Shown: positions 21,669 to 36,217, counted from the first letter of the whole stretch. The stretch: 58,819 nt of DNA, filler included, from Dirinaria sp. TL-2023a (GCA_051941275.1; 7 parts of 7 records of this genome joined end to end with filler, not necessarily neighbours in it); one strand, 5' to 3'. Notes: generated by a model not told the origin, from the letters alone. Program-made: numbers and translations.

Positions 21669-24600
21669 ATGGATTCAGATACGAAGCAAGCGCTGACAGA
21701 ATGGGTACGTCGGAAGCGTCTGAATAATCATGAACATGCGTCTGCTAACCTCGATGCAGGTGAACAGTTTCCCACTCAACGAGCAAGCGACAGGAATAGA
21801 GCACATCAGTGGTGGCGAGATAATCTGGGAAATCCTCCGTATGTTGACACGCCTATTGAAGGAAGAGACCTGTGCTGAGTGTTGGGTATAGGTGATATTG
21901 ATCCGTCATGGTTCGCAGGGAGGCTTCCCGAAGCCTCCGACAATTCAGGCAAAAAATGGCTTGCAAGATGGGAAAACTGTGAGTAGTATACTGCTGGGTC
22001 TTCCTCACAAACCGCACATTAATCTAATGTGAATGCAGTGAAACATATCTACCACAGTTTGACAACGTACCTAGTAGAGGTCGAGAAAGACGTTCCCAAA
22101 GGCTTTTCGCTTCTCGACCTCAAAAAAATCGCCATGGAATCAGACGCCGCCGAGTCCCTCAAGGCGAGTCTAACAACAGCTCTTTTAGGCCTACCAAGAA
22201 ATGCTTACACATTGTAGCTCATGAAATTGGTCCTGCTGGCAGCGATCAGCTCACCCCGCGCAATGGAATTCATTAGCAAGATGCCTGAATTGAGTCTTCC
22301 GACGCAAAATATATTGAAGGAGTGGATTGTTGAGGTACTAGAAAAGCCATGTTCCAGTCTGCTAGAGCCTGCTGACAACATTTAGATTGGTGAAAGCCCC
22401 CAAGATGAGCCCAACGGTCTCAATGAACATTACAATGGCGTTTCTACCTGGCCAATGGTTGATCAAGAGCTTTTGTTTGAAGAGCGTTTCGGCAGGCTCA
22501 AGGCAGAGACCGATAAGCTCAAAAAGGAAAGGGAGGATTTGCGAGATGTTGTTGAAAACCTCGAAGACCGCTTGGAGCGTTCTCAAGAGAACGGAGTAAG
22601 TTGAATGGAAGCCACCAGCTATGGAAAGGTACTGAGCGGTCGCGACAGTCGCTTTTGGAACATAGACTCGCAAAAGCTGATGAACGCATACGCTCCAATC
22701 AATCTACTCAGGAAGCACTGAATTCGAACAAGTTCCTGGAGTCAAGAGTGTAAGGTCAAACAATATCTTCCCAGAAGTCAATCGTTAACTGCTCTTCAGG
22801 CAGCAGCAAGAAGAAGTCATTGCACGTTTGGAGTATGAGCTCTCTGAAGCACACTCAAGTAACGTGTCAATCAAGACGGACGTCGAGTCAATGCAAGTAG
22901 AGGTTCGCCTACTCGCTACGTTCTGTACGTGCTATTGAGCTTATCTGGTATGCTAGATCGACAAACTACGTACCTCCGCTAGTAAAACGCAGGAGCTTCA
23001 GGATTCACTTGACGTGATGAAAAGTGAGCGAGATGAACTTGCTAGGAAAGCTAACGCCGCGGAGAAGTATAAGCAAAAACTCCAAGCCGGCAATGACCTC
23101 CAGAAGGAGAATATTGACCTTCGGGAGCAGCTAGAAGAGGTTCGCCAAGAACACGAGGCAGCTAAGAAGACTCAAAAGCAAGTGGCTAGCTTTCAGCTGG
23201 CCGTGGAGGAGTACAAGCGTGTTCTACCAAAGATCGAGCAAGAACGGCATGAGCTGCAGATGATGAAGAAACAGCTTGAGGTCGACAATGCTACCCTAAC
23301 GCGGCGTTGCAATAAAGCCAGTGAGCAACACTTACAAGACCAAGCCACTATAGCAGGATTAAATGAACGATTACGGCTCTTTGACCCCAACACGACCCCT
23401 TCGACACCATCAGCTCGGGACACGGGAGATCTCGACTCGGAACTGAGCGCGGGCGCAAACAGCCAAGAGCGGCTGCAATCGAAGATAGCGGAGCTCAAGG
23501 ACGTAAATCATAGGTTAAAATCTTCGTCCGCAAATTCAGAAGCTGAAAAATCCATGCTACAACAAATGCTGGATGATATTAGGGAGCAATCAGAGGAGCG
23601 AGAAAAGAAGCATCTCAAGAATTACCAGGAGAAGCTTGTGCTACAATCTTCCTTTGAAGCACTTCAAAAGGGAAACAGTATCCAAGAGTCCGTACTCCCT
23701 GCCCTTGTTAGCTGCTTGTCCTGACATTTACAACAGTACGGAAATCTTTCAGCAAACGCAGGAACGATTAGAAGATGAACAAAAAGGCAAAGCCGCTCTA
23801 GAGGCCCAGTTGAAGGCCGTCCGCGAAGACCTTCAAAGATCGCAGAACGAATGTGGGTCGCTTGAAACCCTGTGTCAACCCGTGGTCCATCAAAATTCTG
23901 ATCTATTCCTAGTATCTCTAATTGATGTCGACAAGCTTGAAGCAGCTCGAAAGGTGAAGGAGCAGCAATCAGCTGAACTGACTAAAGTCCAGAGAGAAAA
24001 TGAAGCCTTGAAAAAACGGACTGTTGACCTCGAAACCGATCGAGTAGGCCTTGAGACGTTGTTGAAGGATAATCTAAGCGCGAAACGTAACGAGCGCGAC
24101 GTCGTCACCAACAAGAGTCTCCAGAACTTCCTTGATAACGTCATCAGCTCTGGCCAGAAGCAGAAGTCTCAAGATAAAGAGGACTTGCAGAAGAGAATTG
24201 ACAGAATGGCCAATGAGATACGAGAGGGCAATGCGAAGATAGCAAAACAAGAAGAGGTACAAGCAAAAACCAATAAGTTTCCTCAAAATCTTTCAAGCAC
24301 AAGTCTCCCACAACCATCTCCAAGCACACATGTTCAGCACCAAGCACACAAGCAGCAGCAGCAGCAGCAACCCTCAGACACAAACCCAGATCGTCGAAGT
24401 CTCGGCAATAAACTCTCAACATTATTCCGTTCGGGCAATGCTGACAATAAACAATCGAATACAGCAAATCCGAAAACAGAACGCCGACCTTCAAGAGATG
24501 CAACGATCTCAGGCTTCCCCTCCACAACCAGACAAGCCTACTCCAGCGCAGACTTCAAACACCTCCACCAGTGAAGAAGTAAGTCTCACATGTCCTCCTC

Positions 24601-24833
24601 CGCCTACTCACAGAAGATCTAACCACGCTGCGGTATGGTAGTTGAAATCTCAAGCGGAGTATATCGCCAACCTCGAGCGCGAAACCCGACTCATGGCATC
24701 GGCGTATCACACTCTGGCAGGGCGGCTGCAGATGACAAACGTGACGTTGCAGCGAAAGGTGGAAAACCCAAGTACGTGGCTCAACAGGCAGCGGAGACTG
24801 GTCGATCAGCAGGCTGCTGTGCCTGGCTTGTAA
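21669..24833 (+). CDS. hookA: Hook-family coiled-coil dynein/early-endosome adaptor (HookA/Hok1-like)
   Basis: N-terminal ALTEWV-NSFP Hook domain, long coiled coil, C-terminal LERETRLMASAY...RLQ...V.LQR...TWLNRQR; many introns including a GC-AG intron at 22164-22217. Confidence 0.8.
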
Positions 24834-25194
24834 GGTCAGGATGGTGATCATCACGTTGCTGACTCGGGTGGTCTCGAAAACGCTGTCTTGTTCTTTGAAT
24901 CCTTTTTTTTTTTTTTTTTTCCCAGCATAGCGGAAAGGGAGTTTTTACAGTTTTCTGATCGGGGTTGGATGCTTGATACCCAATGTTTTTGATTTATTTT
25001 TTCCCCCTCGAATATTCGGGCGATAATGAATTAATAATATTCTGATGTCCAGCGGTTTCGGAGGGCGAAGTAACTGCTTACCTTACTTTACACATGCATC
25101 GATACGTTTCAAGCCACATATCAATCGATTTTGTAAGCGATGCCAGCGAAATACTATATCGCACAACAAAAGTAACGATCATTCAATACTAATA

Positions 25195-25294
25195 NNNNNN
25201 NNNNNNNNNNNNNNNNNNNNNNNNNNNNNNNNNNNNNNTTAATTAATTAANNNNNNNNNNNNNNNNNNNNNNNNNNNNNNNNNNNNNNNNNNNN
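25195..25294. other. Artificial contig spacer
   Basis: N44-TTAATTAATTAA-N44. Confidence 0.99.
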
Positions 25295-25824
25295 AAGGTA
25301 GGGAGGGGTTTTATTTTTGTTTTTTCCTTCGTTTTGTTTTGGTAATTGTTGTTTTTTAAAAAAGGGATCGGATAGGAAAAGAAAGAGGTTTGGGATGCGG
25401 GTCACTTATAGAGCTATCCAAGTAAGGTATATATAATGTAAGTACAGTTTCTATGACAAGTTATTTTTTCGTGGTTATTTGTCGATGGGGCTTTACCCCA
25501 CTCTTACTGCGGTCTTATCTACATATGATATAGGGGGTTCTGATCATCACCTTAGCTGCAGGCAGTATCCTACCTAATTTGATTGCGCCTACTACTACAT
25601 AAGGTAAGGTAGTATTAGGGAAGGTTCAGATCTAATACAGATTTTTTTCTCGTTTTTTATTGTAATTCAGATCCCTTACCTCTAGCGGAGACTGGGGAAG
25701 AGGGAGATCCATTCATTGTAGGCCACATATTCTTGCTCCCTTATGTACATTTTTCAGACACAACCTCCCGCCGCGAGAGCACAACTGCGGAACCGATATA
25801 TATATCTAAGGTAGGTACTGTATC

Positions 25825-28036
25825 CTAAAAGGTCTGCTGCGACACCTGATACGGGGCGATCTCGACCACAGGGCCATGATACACTTTCCTTGCGTAGAGG
25901 TAATAATACGCCACCGCGAAAATCATGATCGTGCCCGTCATCAAGCAGCTGAAATTCATATGCGCCGCATCCGGATTGACCGTTTGCGGGAAGAAGCTGA
26001 ACACGAAGACGATGATGCCGTAGCCGACCGCGAAGGCATTGAGCAGAATGCCCCATATGCCCGGCACGTGGAAGGGGCCCCAGACCAGCTCGTTGGCGTG
26101 CCAGGTGCTGCCTGCCATTTGCTGCGGGGAGCGGATGGTCCCGCGGATCCGGTGCCACAGAAGGAAGGCCTCGGTCAGCACGTAGGACGCATACAGGCTG
26201 CTGACGCCGACGGAGATGACGTCGTTGAAAGCGGTGGCGGAACCGATGTTGATCAGGCCGATGGCGCAGGAGACGCCCGCCATGACCATGATTGCATACA
26301 TGGGGACGACGGAGTGTGATTGGACCTATATAAGTATCAACTGGCGTCAATCTCTTTTGTGGAAACTGCTTTTGATCGCGGTCTAGACAGGCATTACCTT
26401 GCTCATAGTTCGCCAGAACGGAAGACCGCGATCCCGGCCAAAGGCCCAGACGATGCGAGATGAAGTGGCCAAGAATGCGATTGCGGCGCAAATATCCATG
26501 ATGATGATAATGCAGATCATGGTAGAAGCGCCTGATAGAGAGCCTGTGGCATCGTAGAAGATCTGCATGTACGGGAAACCGAGTTCTCCTGTGGGGCTTT
26601 GGAGCACGGATTCAATGTCCACGGTGACGAATAGCACGACTATGACCATGGCAAAACCCAAAATCCCATTGAGGAGTGTCGTTGACAGCATGCACCAGGG
26701 GATGACTACGTTAGCGCCGCGGATTTCTTCGGCCATCTGCGAGTTCAGTTTCAGCTCAGTCGGCGAAGTATGAAAATTTGTAAGAAATTGGTGGTTGTTA
26801 CATGAACAGCACAGTCCGTACCTAAAGAACCAGATTAGTCAGATAAAGTCTTGATATTACTTTCAGCATCGATGACGCGTACCATATGTAGCGAAAACGC
26901 TACCCAAAAGCCCTACAAAGACCGATACTGTCGTAGATGGCCAACCTCCTCCATTCTCGAACACGGTGAAGACATCGTGAGCTGAAACTTTCTGTGGCGC
27001 CAACTGATTCCAATCAGCTGTCGAAGTGATGCCTTGACGTAGGAATCACCTACGCAGACCAACGGTATGAGAATGGCGAAGAAGCCCAGAATGTGGAGTA
27101 TCAGAATCGCGGATTCAAGCTTTGGCAAGATCTTACTGGCCGTGACGTTAATGAGTATGGCGACAACCATTACACCCCAGTACACCATTGTACCCTGCCA
27201 CAGAGCTGGGGTGTAGCTGGGATGGTTGAGCTGAGCGAGTGCTAATATCATGTTCCCGCCAAGGTATGCACTGCCAGCGAGGATTGCCTGCCAGCCACAG
27301 ATGACGAGCCAGCCTATCAGCCAGAATCAGCGTCTCGCCACTCGTTTTCTCGACTCAGAACACTGGAGTGTTAAATTCGTACCCATTATATAACTTGTGA
27401 ATTTCCTGCAAGCAGCCGGTGCCAGCATGGATACCCAGTGATACTGTCCTCCAGATGTGGGGGCCCTTGTCCGTATGTTAGCTTGCTTCCTCCCAATTTC
27501 GCCTTCGCTTGTTGATTCAGGTCAGCTTACATCGAAGCCAACTCGCCCATTGTTGTGAAAACAGCTATGCTGCCGATGAAGGAGAAAAGATAGCTATAGA
27601 TCAAGCCGGCAGCGCCACCGCTAAACTCGGAAAACGATCAATTTGCACTCTCTTATTAGAAGATCCACCAGCTACAAGACATACTTCGTCAAGCCCAGGG
27701 TGAAAACACTAGAGATCTTGTTAGTGAGATGGATTGAATGCTCCTCTAACATAGACCAGTATCTTACATTAGCTCAGCTTCCCATGTGATCAAGATTGTG
27801 CACGTAAAGCCAAGAATGGACATGAACGTAAATCGTCGCTACCGTTGTCAGACAAGATCGCTTGAAGAATCAGATCAAGATCTGCCGGTCCAGTATACCT
27901 TCAGAATAGGCTTTTTTCCAAGCCGAGCCAATGCTGCTACATCGCTGTCCGCCACTGAGGAGACGTCAATTTCAATGTTGTGCGGTGGTTTTTCCATGTT
28001 GACACTGCTGTTGGCCTTGACTGCGTGGGCGTCCAT
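25825..28036 (-). CDS. APC-family amino-acid permease (GABA/choline transporter-like)
   Basis: LARLGKKPILK, RRFTFMSILGFTCT, APTSGGQYHWVS, HMAEEI, TSSRIVWAFGRDRGLPF, multiple TM segments; many introns. Confidence 0.92.
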
Positions 28037-29258
28037 TGAGGCGCCCGTGAGTTGCGATGAGTGCCGTAGATCTAGGTAGTTCACAAAAGCCGGTCTGCAA
28101 TGGTGGAGGTTGGGGATGGATACAGTGTTGGTTGATGGAGCGAAAAATGCAATGAAATATTTTCTGTATTACGCTATATTTTCCGATCTCCCTAATTCCT
28201 CCTCATTTATTTCCCTTCGACGTCAACGATGCCGTCCAACAAGGAGAGCGGCAGCGAAAAGCTACCCTGCATCGAGGATCAAGCCAAAAGTGCGTAGACA
28301 AGGCTTTTAGCGTGGCACTGACAGCGTGGAGACAGGCCGCTAATGATAGAAGGCTAAAGGATTTCGCTAATTCCAGATTATTGTCGTTTGCATTAGTGGC
28401 AGTCAAACTTTAGATAGCGTCTCGTTACCTCGGTAGCGTTATGAAATGCCCTAGATGTAGCAAGTAAAGAGATTTCGCCCAAATCGCTCAATCTTCGAGA
28501 TAAATAGGTAAACTTTTCAATATCTTTCACCCTGCACAACCAGATTTCGGGAAAGCGACGAACATTGTTGAAGTAATGCGCAAAATTTTTCGAGTAGAGT
28601 GTAATCATAGAAATCTTTTGGGTGGAATTGACTACCTTTTGGCATTTCAGTGCTACTCTGAAGCTGATTGCGCCCACTGTGCAGCATTTGAAAGCGCCCT
28701 ACGGAGTACAGCATAGTGGCTGCACTGTGATATACTAGCTGTTAGCCTTGAGAACAAGGTAAGGTAGCGTGGGACAGTATTGCGGTGGGATGAGCGACAT
28801 GCCCCAAAACAACGGCGTTTTTAGTCATACAATAGGATAGAAACGATTCAGGACTGCTGCAATAATTCGGGCTTAGGAACTAGTCCATGCGAAGCAACGA
28901 CGGATACCATTGACGGGAGGGTGTGTAAGGTACCTATGCCCAGTGTAAGTGGGAAAAGATCAGTCCCAGTCCTACGTACTGTTATTAGGTCCTCAGGATC
29001 GAGCTTGGACTCAGTGATACTTGTGTCAACATCGATGGTCTTAGTTTCTCCAGTGGCTGCAACCGTGGCGCCCGAGTGACTCGCCGATACGTCCGCGACG
29101 ACAGTTCGCTTTGATTTCATACAGAAGGTGATGTTTCAACACAGTCCTTCATTGAAAGTGATTTTTAACCTATCGAAAATAACTGAATCGAAGATGTATA
29201 AGCTGAGGATGAAGTCCATCAATCCACAAAGTGGACGTGGGGGTTTCTAGGCAAATCA

Positions 29259-29313
29259 TAACCGTAGGTCCCCTACTAGGCATCCGGTTCATCTAGTAGG
29301 GGACCTACGGTTA
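29259..29313. repeat. Perfect 21-bp inverted repeat with a 13-nt loop, TA-flanked
   Basis: TAACCGTAGGTCCCCTACTAG (29259-29279) and CTAGTAGGGGACCTACGGTTA (29293-29313). Confidence 0.9.
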
Positions 29314-29773
29314 AACTCCTAGTAGGTAAACGAAATGAGCATTTGCGCCTGTGACGAAGTATGACTTGAATGTTATCACTGGCCTAAATATGATAATGCG
29401 GCCACTGCTACGAATCCTGCGGTTCAATTTAGCTCTAGGACAAGAAAGGTAGCTTGCAAGTAGGAGTAATACTTTGCTCAAAAGCTCTCACCTCAATGCT
29501 CAGCTGCTTTCTTATATGTCCTGACCGTACCAACGAGCAGCTAGACAGATTACATAACCCATAGGCGGGGAATGCAAAATGCCAAAAGAGGCTAGCGCGT
29601 CCTTGCGGAAAGATTTGCCGCTCACGATACTTCGTAGTCTCGTAACCTCTACTTGCAATCATCCTCCACTCAATGTATGTGATATAGTACAACACGATCA
29701 AAGCATCGATGAGGCACTGTTGATCAAGCGTGGCAGTGAATTCAGCCAAAGCCGTGGTCTTCCAACAAGCAAC

Positions 29774-32700
29774 ATGTCGGACGGTGAGCATCCATAGCCC
29801 AATCTCAAGGAGACCGACTGACTCATCTGCCAGCGCAAATCGAAGAGATCAGAGCTGCCCAGGCTGCGCGCAATGCTGCAGCTGCCGGGAAGAAAGGTTC
29901 AAGGACTTTCGATCCCTCCAACCAGCGCACTGACGTTTCGACCAAGGCTTCCCTGACTGAAAGCTTTGACACACAGCTTTATGATCGTAATGGAGATGAC
30001 AAATTTGCCGGATACAACACATCAATCGCCGCCAACGGCGATGACGAAGAGATGGCAGACGACCGCGTGGACACTACGGCACGTCTTGTGGGGCAATACA
30101 CTGCATCGAAAGATCAAATGAACGAGTTTGCTACTGGTGTTGGGGTCGAGGAGGAAGACATATTGCTTGGGCGTGAGAAGCAAGCCAGAATCGCTGATCG
30201 CGAGACTGACTATCAGAAGCGCCGTCTCAATCGAGGTCCTCTAACTCCAACACGAGCGGATCCTTTCGCCGCTAATCGACAAGCCGGGGTTGAAGATGAG
30301 GGACAGAGCTACCGTGAGATCATGGCGGCGAGGGAATTAGAGAAAGAGGAGGAGCGTGTGAAGAAAATCATAGCAGACAAGCAAGCGAACGGCGAGGATG
30401 GCATGACCGAGCATCAAGCGACGCTCAAGAAGGAGGACAGCAGCGATAAAGAGAACAAGGAGGCCGGAGCTACAGTCGCAGTCGCACTAGGACGGAAGCG
30501 TAAGCAACGATGGGATGTCTCTGCTGAAAGCACGCCTGCGCCAGAAGAGGCAAAGAGTAAGAGATCTCGATGGGATCAAACGCCAGCACCGCCAGGCGTT
30601 GAAGCTACCCCACGACGTTCACGGTGGGACCAAGCACCATCACTAGAAGCAGCCACGCCTGTTGGGCAAGCTGGCTTGGCTACTCCGATGCACTCTTCGC
30701 AAGCCGGTGGTGCCATGGTTCCCACTTCTTTTGGAACCGACATATCGTCACGGAACGCCCCTTTGTCAGATGAGGAGCTCGATCTCATGCTTCCCAGTGA
30801 AGGCTACAAGATTCTCGATCCTCCTCCTGGATATGCTCCAATTCGAACACCCGCACGAAAACTCATGAGTACCCCTGCACCCGTGGCCAGTGCTTCAGGA
30901 TATGGAGGATTCATGATGCAAGAACCGGAGAACGCTAGAGCTATGGGTAAACAGCTACCCACCGAAATACCTGGAGTAGGCGATCTGCAATTCTTCAAAG
31001 CTGAAGACATGGCCTACTTCGGCAAGCTCGTGGATGGCGGAGATGAGAATGCTATGTCAGTCGAGGAGCTCAAGGAGCGGAAAATAATGCGGCTGCTACT
31101 CAAGGTCAAAAATGGAACTCCACCTATGCGAAAGACTGCACTTCGACAACTCACCGACAATGCACGTCAGTTTGGTGCAGGTCCCCTCTTCAACCAAATC
31201 CTTCCACTACTGATGGAGAAGACTCTTGAAGACCAGGAGCGGCATTTACTTGTTAAGGTCATTGATCGTGTCTTATACAAGCTCGACGACCTTGTGCGCC
31301 CCTATGTTCATAAAATCCTTGTCGTTATTGAGCCGCTGCTCATTGACCAAGACTACTACGCCCGGGTCGAGGGTCGAGAAATTATATCAAATCTAAGCAA
31401 AGCGGCCGGTTTAGCTCACATGATTAGTACGATGAGACCGGATATCGACCACGTCGATGAATATGTCCGTAATACTACTGCTCGTGCCTTCGCTGTGGTA
31501 GCTTCAGCTCTGGGGATACCTGCGCTATTGCCATTCTTACGTGCGGTTTGCAGAAGCAAGAAATCATGGCAAGCTCGCCACACTGGAGTAAAAATCGTCC
31601 AGCAAATTCCTATCCTCATGGGATGTGCAATCCTACCGCATCTGAAAGGGCTGGTAGATTGCATTGGAGACAACCTGAGCGATGAGCAAGCCAAGGTTCG
31701 CACCGTTACAAGTCTTGCAATCGCTGCTCTTGCTGAAGCAGCGAATCCATATGGTATTGAAAGCTTTGATGATATCCTCAATCCACTATGGACAGGTGCC
31801 CGGAAGCAACGAGGCAAAGGGCTTGCAGGCTTCCTCAAAGCCGTTGGATACATCATCCCTTTGATGGACGAAGAATACGCCAATTATTACACCAGCCAAA
31901 TAATGGAGATCTTGCTAAGAGAATTCTCGTCGCCTGACGAGGAGATGAAGAAGGTCGTGCTTAAAGTGGTTTCTCAGTGCGCAAGCACCGACGGTGTCAC
32001 AGCAGGCTATCTTAAGGAACATGTGCTCAGCGAATTCTTCAAGAGCTTCTGGGTCAGACGAATGGCCATGGATAAACGGAATTACAGACAGGTTGTCGAG
32101 ACGACTGTTGACATAGGACAGAAAGTAGGTGTTGGCGAGATTGTGGAGAGAATCGTCAACAATCTCAAAGACGAGAGCGAATCGTACCGAAAAATGACTC
32201 TCGAGACTGTGGAGAAGGTCATTGCCAGCTTGGGCGCAGCAGACATTGGTGAGCGACTTGAAGAGCGCCTGATCGACGGCGTTTTACACTCCTTCCAAGA
32301 GCAAAGCGTCGAAGACATCGTAATGCTCAACGGCTTCGGCACCGTAGTCAATGCTCTTGGTACTCGATGCAAGCCATACCTTCCACAAATTGTCAGCACA
32401 ATCTTATGGCGTCTTAATAACAAATCCGCAACTGTCCGACAGCAAGCTGCTGACCTGATCTCTCGTATCGCAATGGTCATGAAGCAATGCGGCGAAGATG
32501 CGCTTATGGGTAAACTCGGCGTGGTCCTCTACGAGTACCTCGGGGAAGAGTATCCAGAAGTATTGGGGTCGATCCTTGGCGCCTTGCGATCTATAGTCAC
32601 TGTCGTGGGCATTAACTCAATGCAGCCTCCCATCAAAGATCTCCTACCTCGCCTTACACCTATCCTCCGAAACCGTCACGAGAAGGTTCAAGAAAACACA

Positions 32701-33598
32701 ATTGATCTTGTGGGAAGAATCGCAGACCGAGGTCCCGAAAGCGTCAATGCTAGGGAATGGATGCGTATCTGCTTCGAATTACTCGACATGCTCAAGGCTC
32801 ACAAGAAGGGGATTCGACGAGCGGCAAACAACACTTTTGGTTTCATCGCCAAAGCGATTGGGCCTCAAGATGTCCTGGCCACGCTCCTGAACAATCTACG
32901 AGTCCAAGAGCGCCAGTCGCGCGTCTGTACCGCCGTCGCAATCGGCATTGTCGCAGAAACCTGCGCTCCGTTCACCGTTCTTCCAGCCTTGATGAACGAA
33001 TACCGCGTACCAGAGCTCAACGTGCAGAACGGAGTCCTCAAATCGCTCTCCTTCCTATTCGAATACATTGGCGAGATGGCGAAAGATTACGTCTACGCGG
33101 TAACTCCGCTGCTCGAAGACGCCTTGATCGACCGCGACCAGGTCCACCGACAGACTGCAGCCTCAGTCGTCAAGCACGTCGCTTTGGGCGTGGTAGGACT
33201 GGGATGCGAAGACGCGATGCTGCATCTTCTCAACCTGCTCTATCCGAACCTCTTCGAGACATCGCCTCACGTCATCGACCGCATCATCGAAGCCATCGAC
33301 GCCGTTCGCATGGCCGTCGGGACCGGCATGGTCATGAATTATGTCTGGGCCGGCCTGTTCCATCCAGCGCGCAAAGTTCGCACTCCTTATTTTAGGTATG
33401 CAGCCCCTCCCCCAATCCCTCTACTAATTCTTCCGTCCTTGGACCCAAAAAACCGTGGAAATGGTATCATTGCTGACAACTTTTGCATCAAGGTTATATA
33501 ATGACGCGTACGTTCAAGGCGCAGATGCAATGATCCCATACTACCCCAATATGGACGAGGAGAGACTGAATAGGCATGAATTGGCGATCGTACTGTGA
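29774..33598 (+). CDS. SF3B1: U2 snRNP splicing factor SF3B1 (Hsh155/Prp10)
   Basis: RWD/TP repeats and HEAT repeats ([41 protein letters not shown]). 10-nt first exon at 29774, last intron ~33396-33491, stop at 33598. Confidence 0.97.
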
Positions 33599-33616
33599 GA
33601 GGGGTTTCTTTCCGAA

Positions 33617-33716
33617 NNNNNNNNNNNNNNNNNNNNNNNNNNNNNNNNNNNNNNNNNNNNTTAATTAATTAANNNNNNNNNNNNNNNNNNNNNNNNNNNN
33701 NNNNNNNNNNNNNNNN
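33617..33716. other. Artificial contig spacer
   Basis: N44-TTAATTAATTAA-N44. Confidence 0.99.
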
Positions 33717-34974
33717 GATGAGGGGGAGGATGGGGTGTACGTACTCGTTTGCCGATTTTCTCCACGGCGTCGTAGCTGTACGCGGATCCAAAAAAGTGCT
33801 CGCTGAAGTAGACGAGCTTGGGCTTGCCATGCTGGAAGCGGATGAGACTGTGCTCCCAGTCCCCTACGTGGTTGCCGAAGCGCACGTTCAGGACCACGTT
33901 CCCTAGGTTGTAGCTGTAGAAGTAGAACCAGAATGCATCGACGATGCCGTGGCCCTTATCGACTACAATCAGTACCGCTGGTGCGTCACTACGACCACCC
34001 ACGGGAGGAATCTTCTGCTTCAATCGAGGATTCGCGTGAGGATGCCTCCCATGCGCGGTGTTCGAGAATGGGTCTGCCGGTGTATCCGGGATATTTTTTT
34101 GGCCTCCTAACCAGTCTGGGCGTTCCTCGACGTTGTCATCACTCGTCAGGTAGACATTCCGGCCTTTGCTCCATTCGTTTAGCTGATCGAGGTTCGTCAA
34201 GTTCAGGTTCTCGGTTCGAGAGAGAATAGGTGTGTAATTGAGGTTCGGAGTTACGTGGTCGAGGTGGTCGGCGATGTCGCAGGGCCAGAACTCTTCGCCA
34301 GAGAATAGATGTACGAGCGGTGCGTAGTCGAAGACGTATTGTGGGATCTTGGATATGATGCGAGTATCGTTCGAGAAGTCGGACGGCCTTCTGAGGAAAT
34401 CGCTGCCGGTATCGCGCAGCCAGGCTTCGTCCATCTCCTCTTCAATTTCCGAAGCTGCAGAATTTGAGCAGGATGTTGGGATGAGTTTGCACCTCCAGCG
34501 ACCTGTATTCCCCAACTGTTCATCGCCGGTGTCGTGTGCATTGTCTGACGGCGGCGGTATCCGGCCATCATCCTCTACACAATGTGGGCGTGGCTTGGGG
34601 TAATGCGTTATGACCGAATACACTTCCTGGAGGTTCTGCCGTATGCTGGTGAATAGCCTCTGCAGAGTTGAAGCTGGTACTTGTGCGGCATCATTTATCC
34701 TACGCTCTGCCTCCACAGAGTCTCCCTTTGCATGCTGATTTTCCACGACACGCCTACTATGGAACCTGTTTAGTGCTTGTGCTCGCTTCAGGCGTTCTGC
34801 CACCTCAATCAAGACTGCGCTATCCTGTTGTGGCTCTGTTCCTGACGTTGGTGCAGGTATTGGTGCGACGAATTGAGGCAGAATTGTTGAGGGGACGGGC
34901 GATCGAGGAAGCGGGGATGGGTAGGATAGAAGAGGAGATTGAGCAGCTGGATAGGCTTGTAACGACATGGTCAT
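33717..34974 (-). CDS. VPS62: Vps62-like protein, 3' part cut by the contig end
   Basis: IPQYVFDYAPLVHLFSGEEFWP, VDAFWFYFYSYNLG, FGNHVGDWEH, YFSEH; intron donor at ~33744, then the spacer. Confidence 0.85.
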
Positions 34975-36186
34975 TACAGAACCTTGGTGATAGGGAAGAT
35001 GTCGTGTGTATCTAGAGGGGCTCGAGTCAGCGATTGGGCATTGCTTCTAGATTCATCGTCGCACTTGTGGCGAAGAAGACTTATGGCACACACCAGTTCA
35101 ATGTCATGCCGGTCGACGACGGAAGAATGTATTTATAAGGTCGCTGGTCCACGGCGAGTAGGGATAGTCAAGTACCTCACAGGTCAGAATGAGGGACGGG
35201 TTTGGGAAATGATATGTGTGCTGGAAGCCTGCTTCACAGCACGGAAGGTCGTGTGAGCATAGCTGGACTTATAATATACGAAGTAAGCCGATGCAGCCTT
35301 CAAGAATGTAGAGTGAGTTGCTGACAGACGAAGCCAAGCTGTACATCCTTAATTCTACCTAGGCCATGCAATCATGCTGCACAATCTAATGTAGAAGTAT
35401 GTACGCTCGGTACTTTAGTTTGGACAGGGTCCCCTCGGTCGTCGCTACCTTACCCAAGAGTAAGGATTCAGATTTCAGATACGCTCGATAGTCGATACCT
35501 TACCTATAGTATCATAAAGTACATGCATGTAAGATATCACGTCATCCCCAGATCCACCAATCAGTCATCGGCAGAGTTTCTTTAGTAAGGGACACCGTAA
35601 TTAAGTAATCTTACCATATTTCTATAGGTATGTACCTCTCGTAAGGTACTTTATCCTGTAGGTACAGCAGTCGAAAGAGCTCCAGGCCTTTTTCATTTTC
35701 TTCCAAGTTCCAAGTAAGATTGATGCCAATTAACAAGAGTCCTGCCATGTATGTATGGTTCTCTACCTCTGTGCAGTCAAATTTGGAATATGTCTGGCCA
35801 CTAGCAGCCGTAAACTACATACTGGACTTTTCTTTTCAAAAGCAAATTCACATATCACAATTCTTTTTTTCTAAGGGAACACTAGCGCTACACTACCCTA
35901 CCAAGCTCCCATACTACTCGCTACTACTTAACTACTAGTTCTTATCTACCTGTGCCTCTTTCACATTTCTATGGCCCACAGTTAGGATTCTAAAGTCATC
36001 TCATTTTCCTCCCTACTTTGGACATTTAACCACTGGCTTATTGGACAGTAACACCTTCACGGTGGATCAGCCAATCGTCACTTCATTGAAACGCTAACCC
36101 TGCCAGAGCAGAAGAATGAATAAACTTAAGCCGGAGGCATCAAGAGATCGGAGGCCTTGATAGACGCAAACGAGTAATGGGAAGGG

Positions 36187-36217
36187 TGGTGTGGCGTGGT
36201 GTGGCGTGGTGTGGCGC
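36187..36217. repeat. (GTGGTGTGGC)x3 microsatellite
   Basis: Direct reading. Confidence 0.8.
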
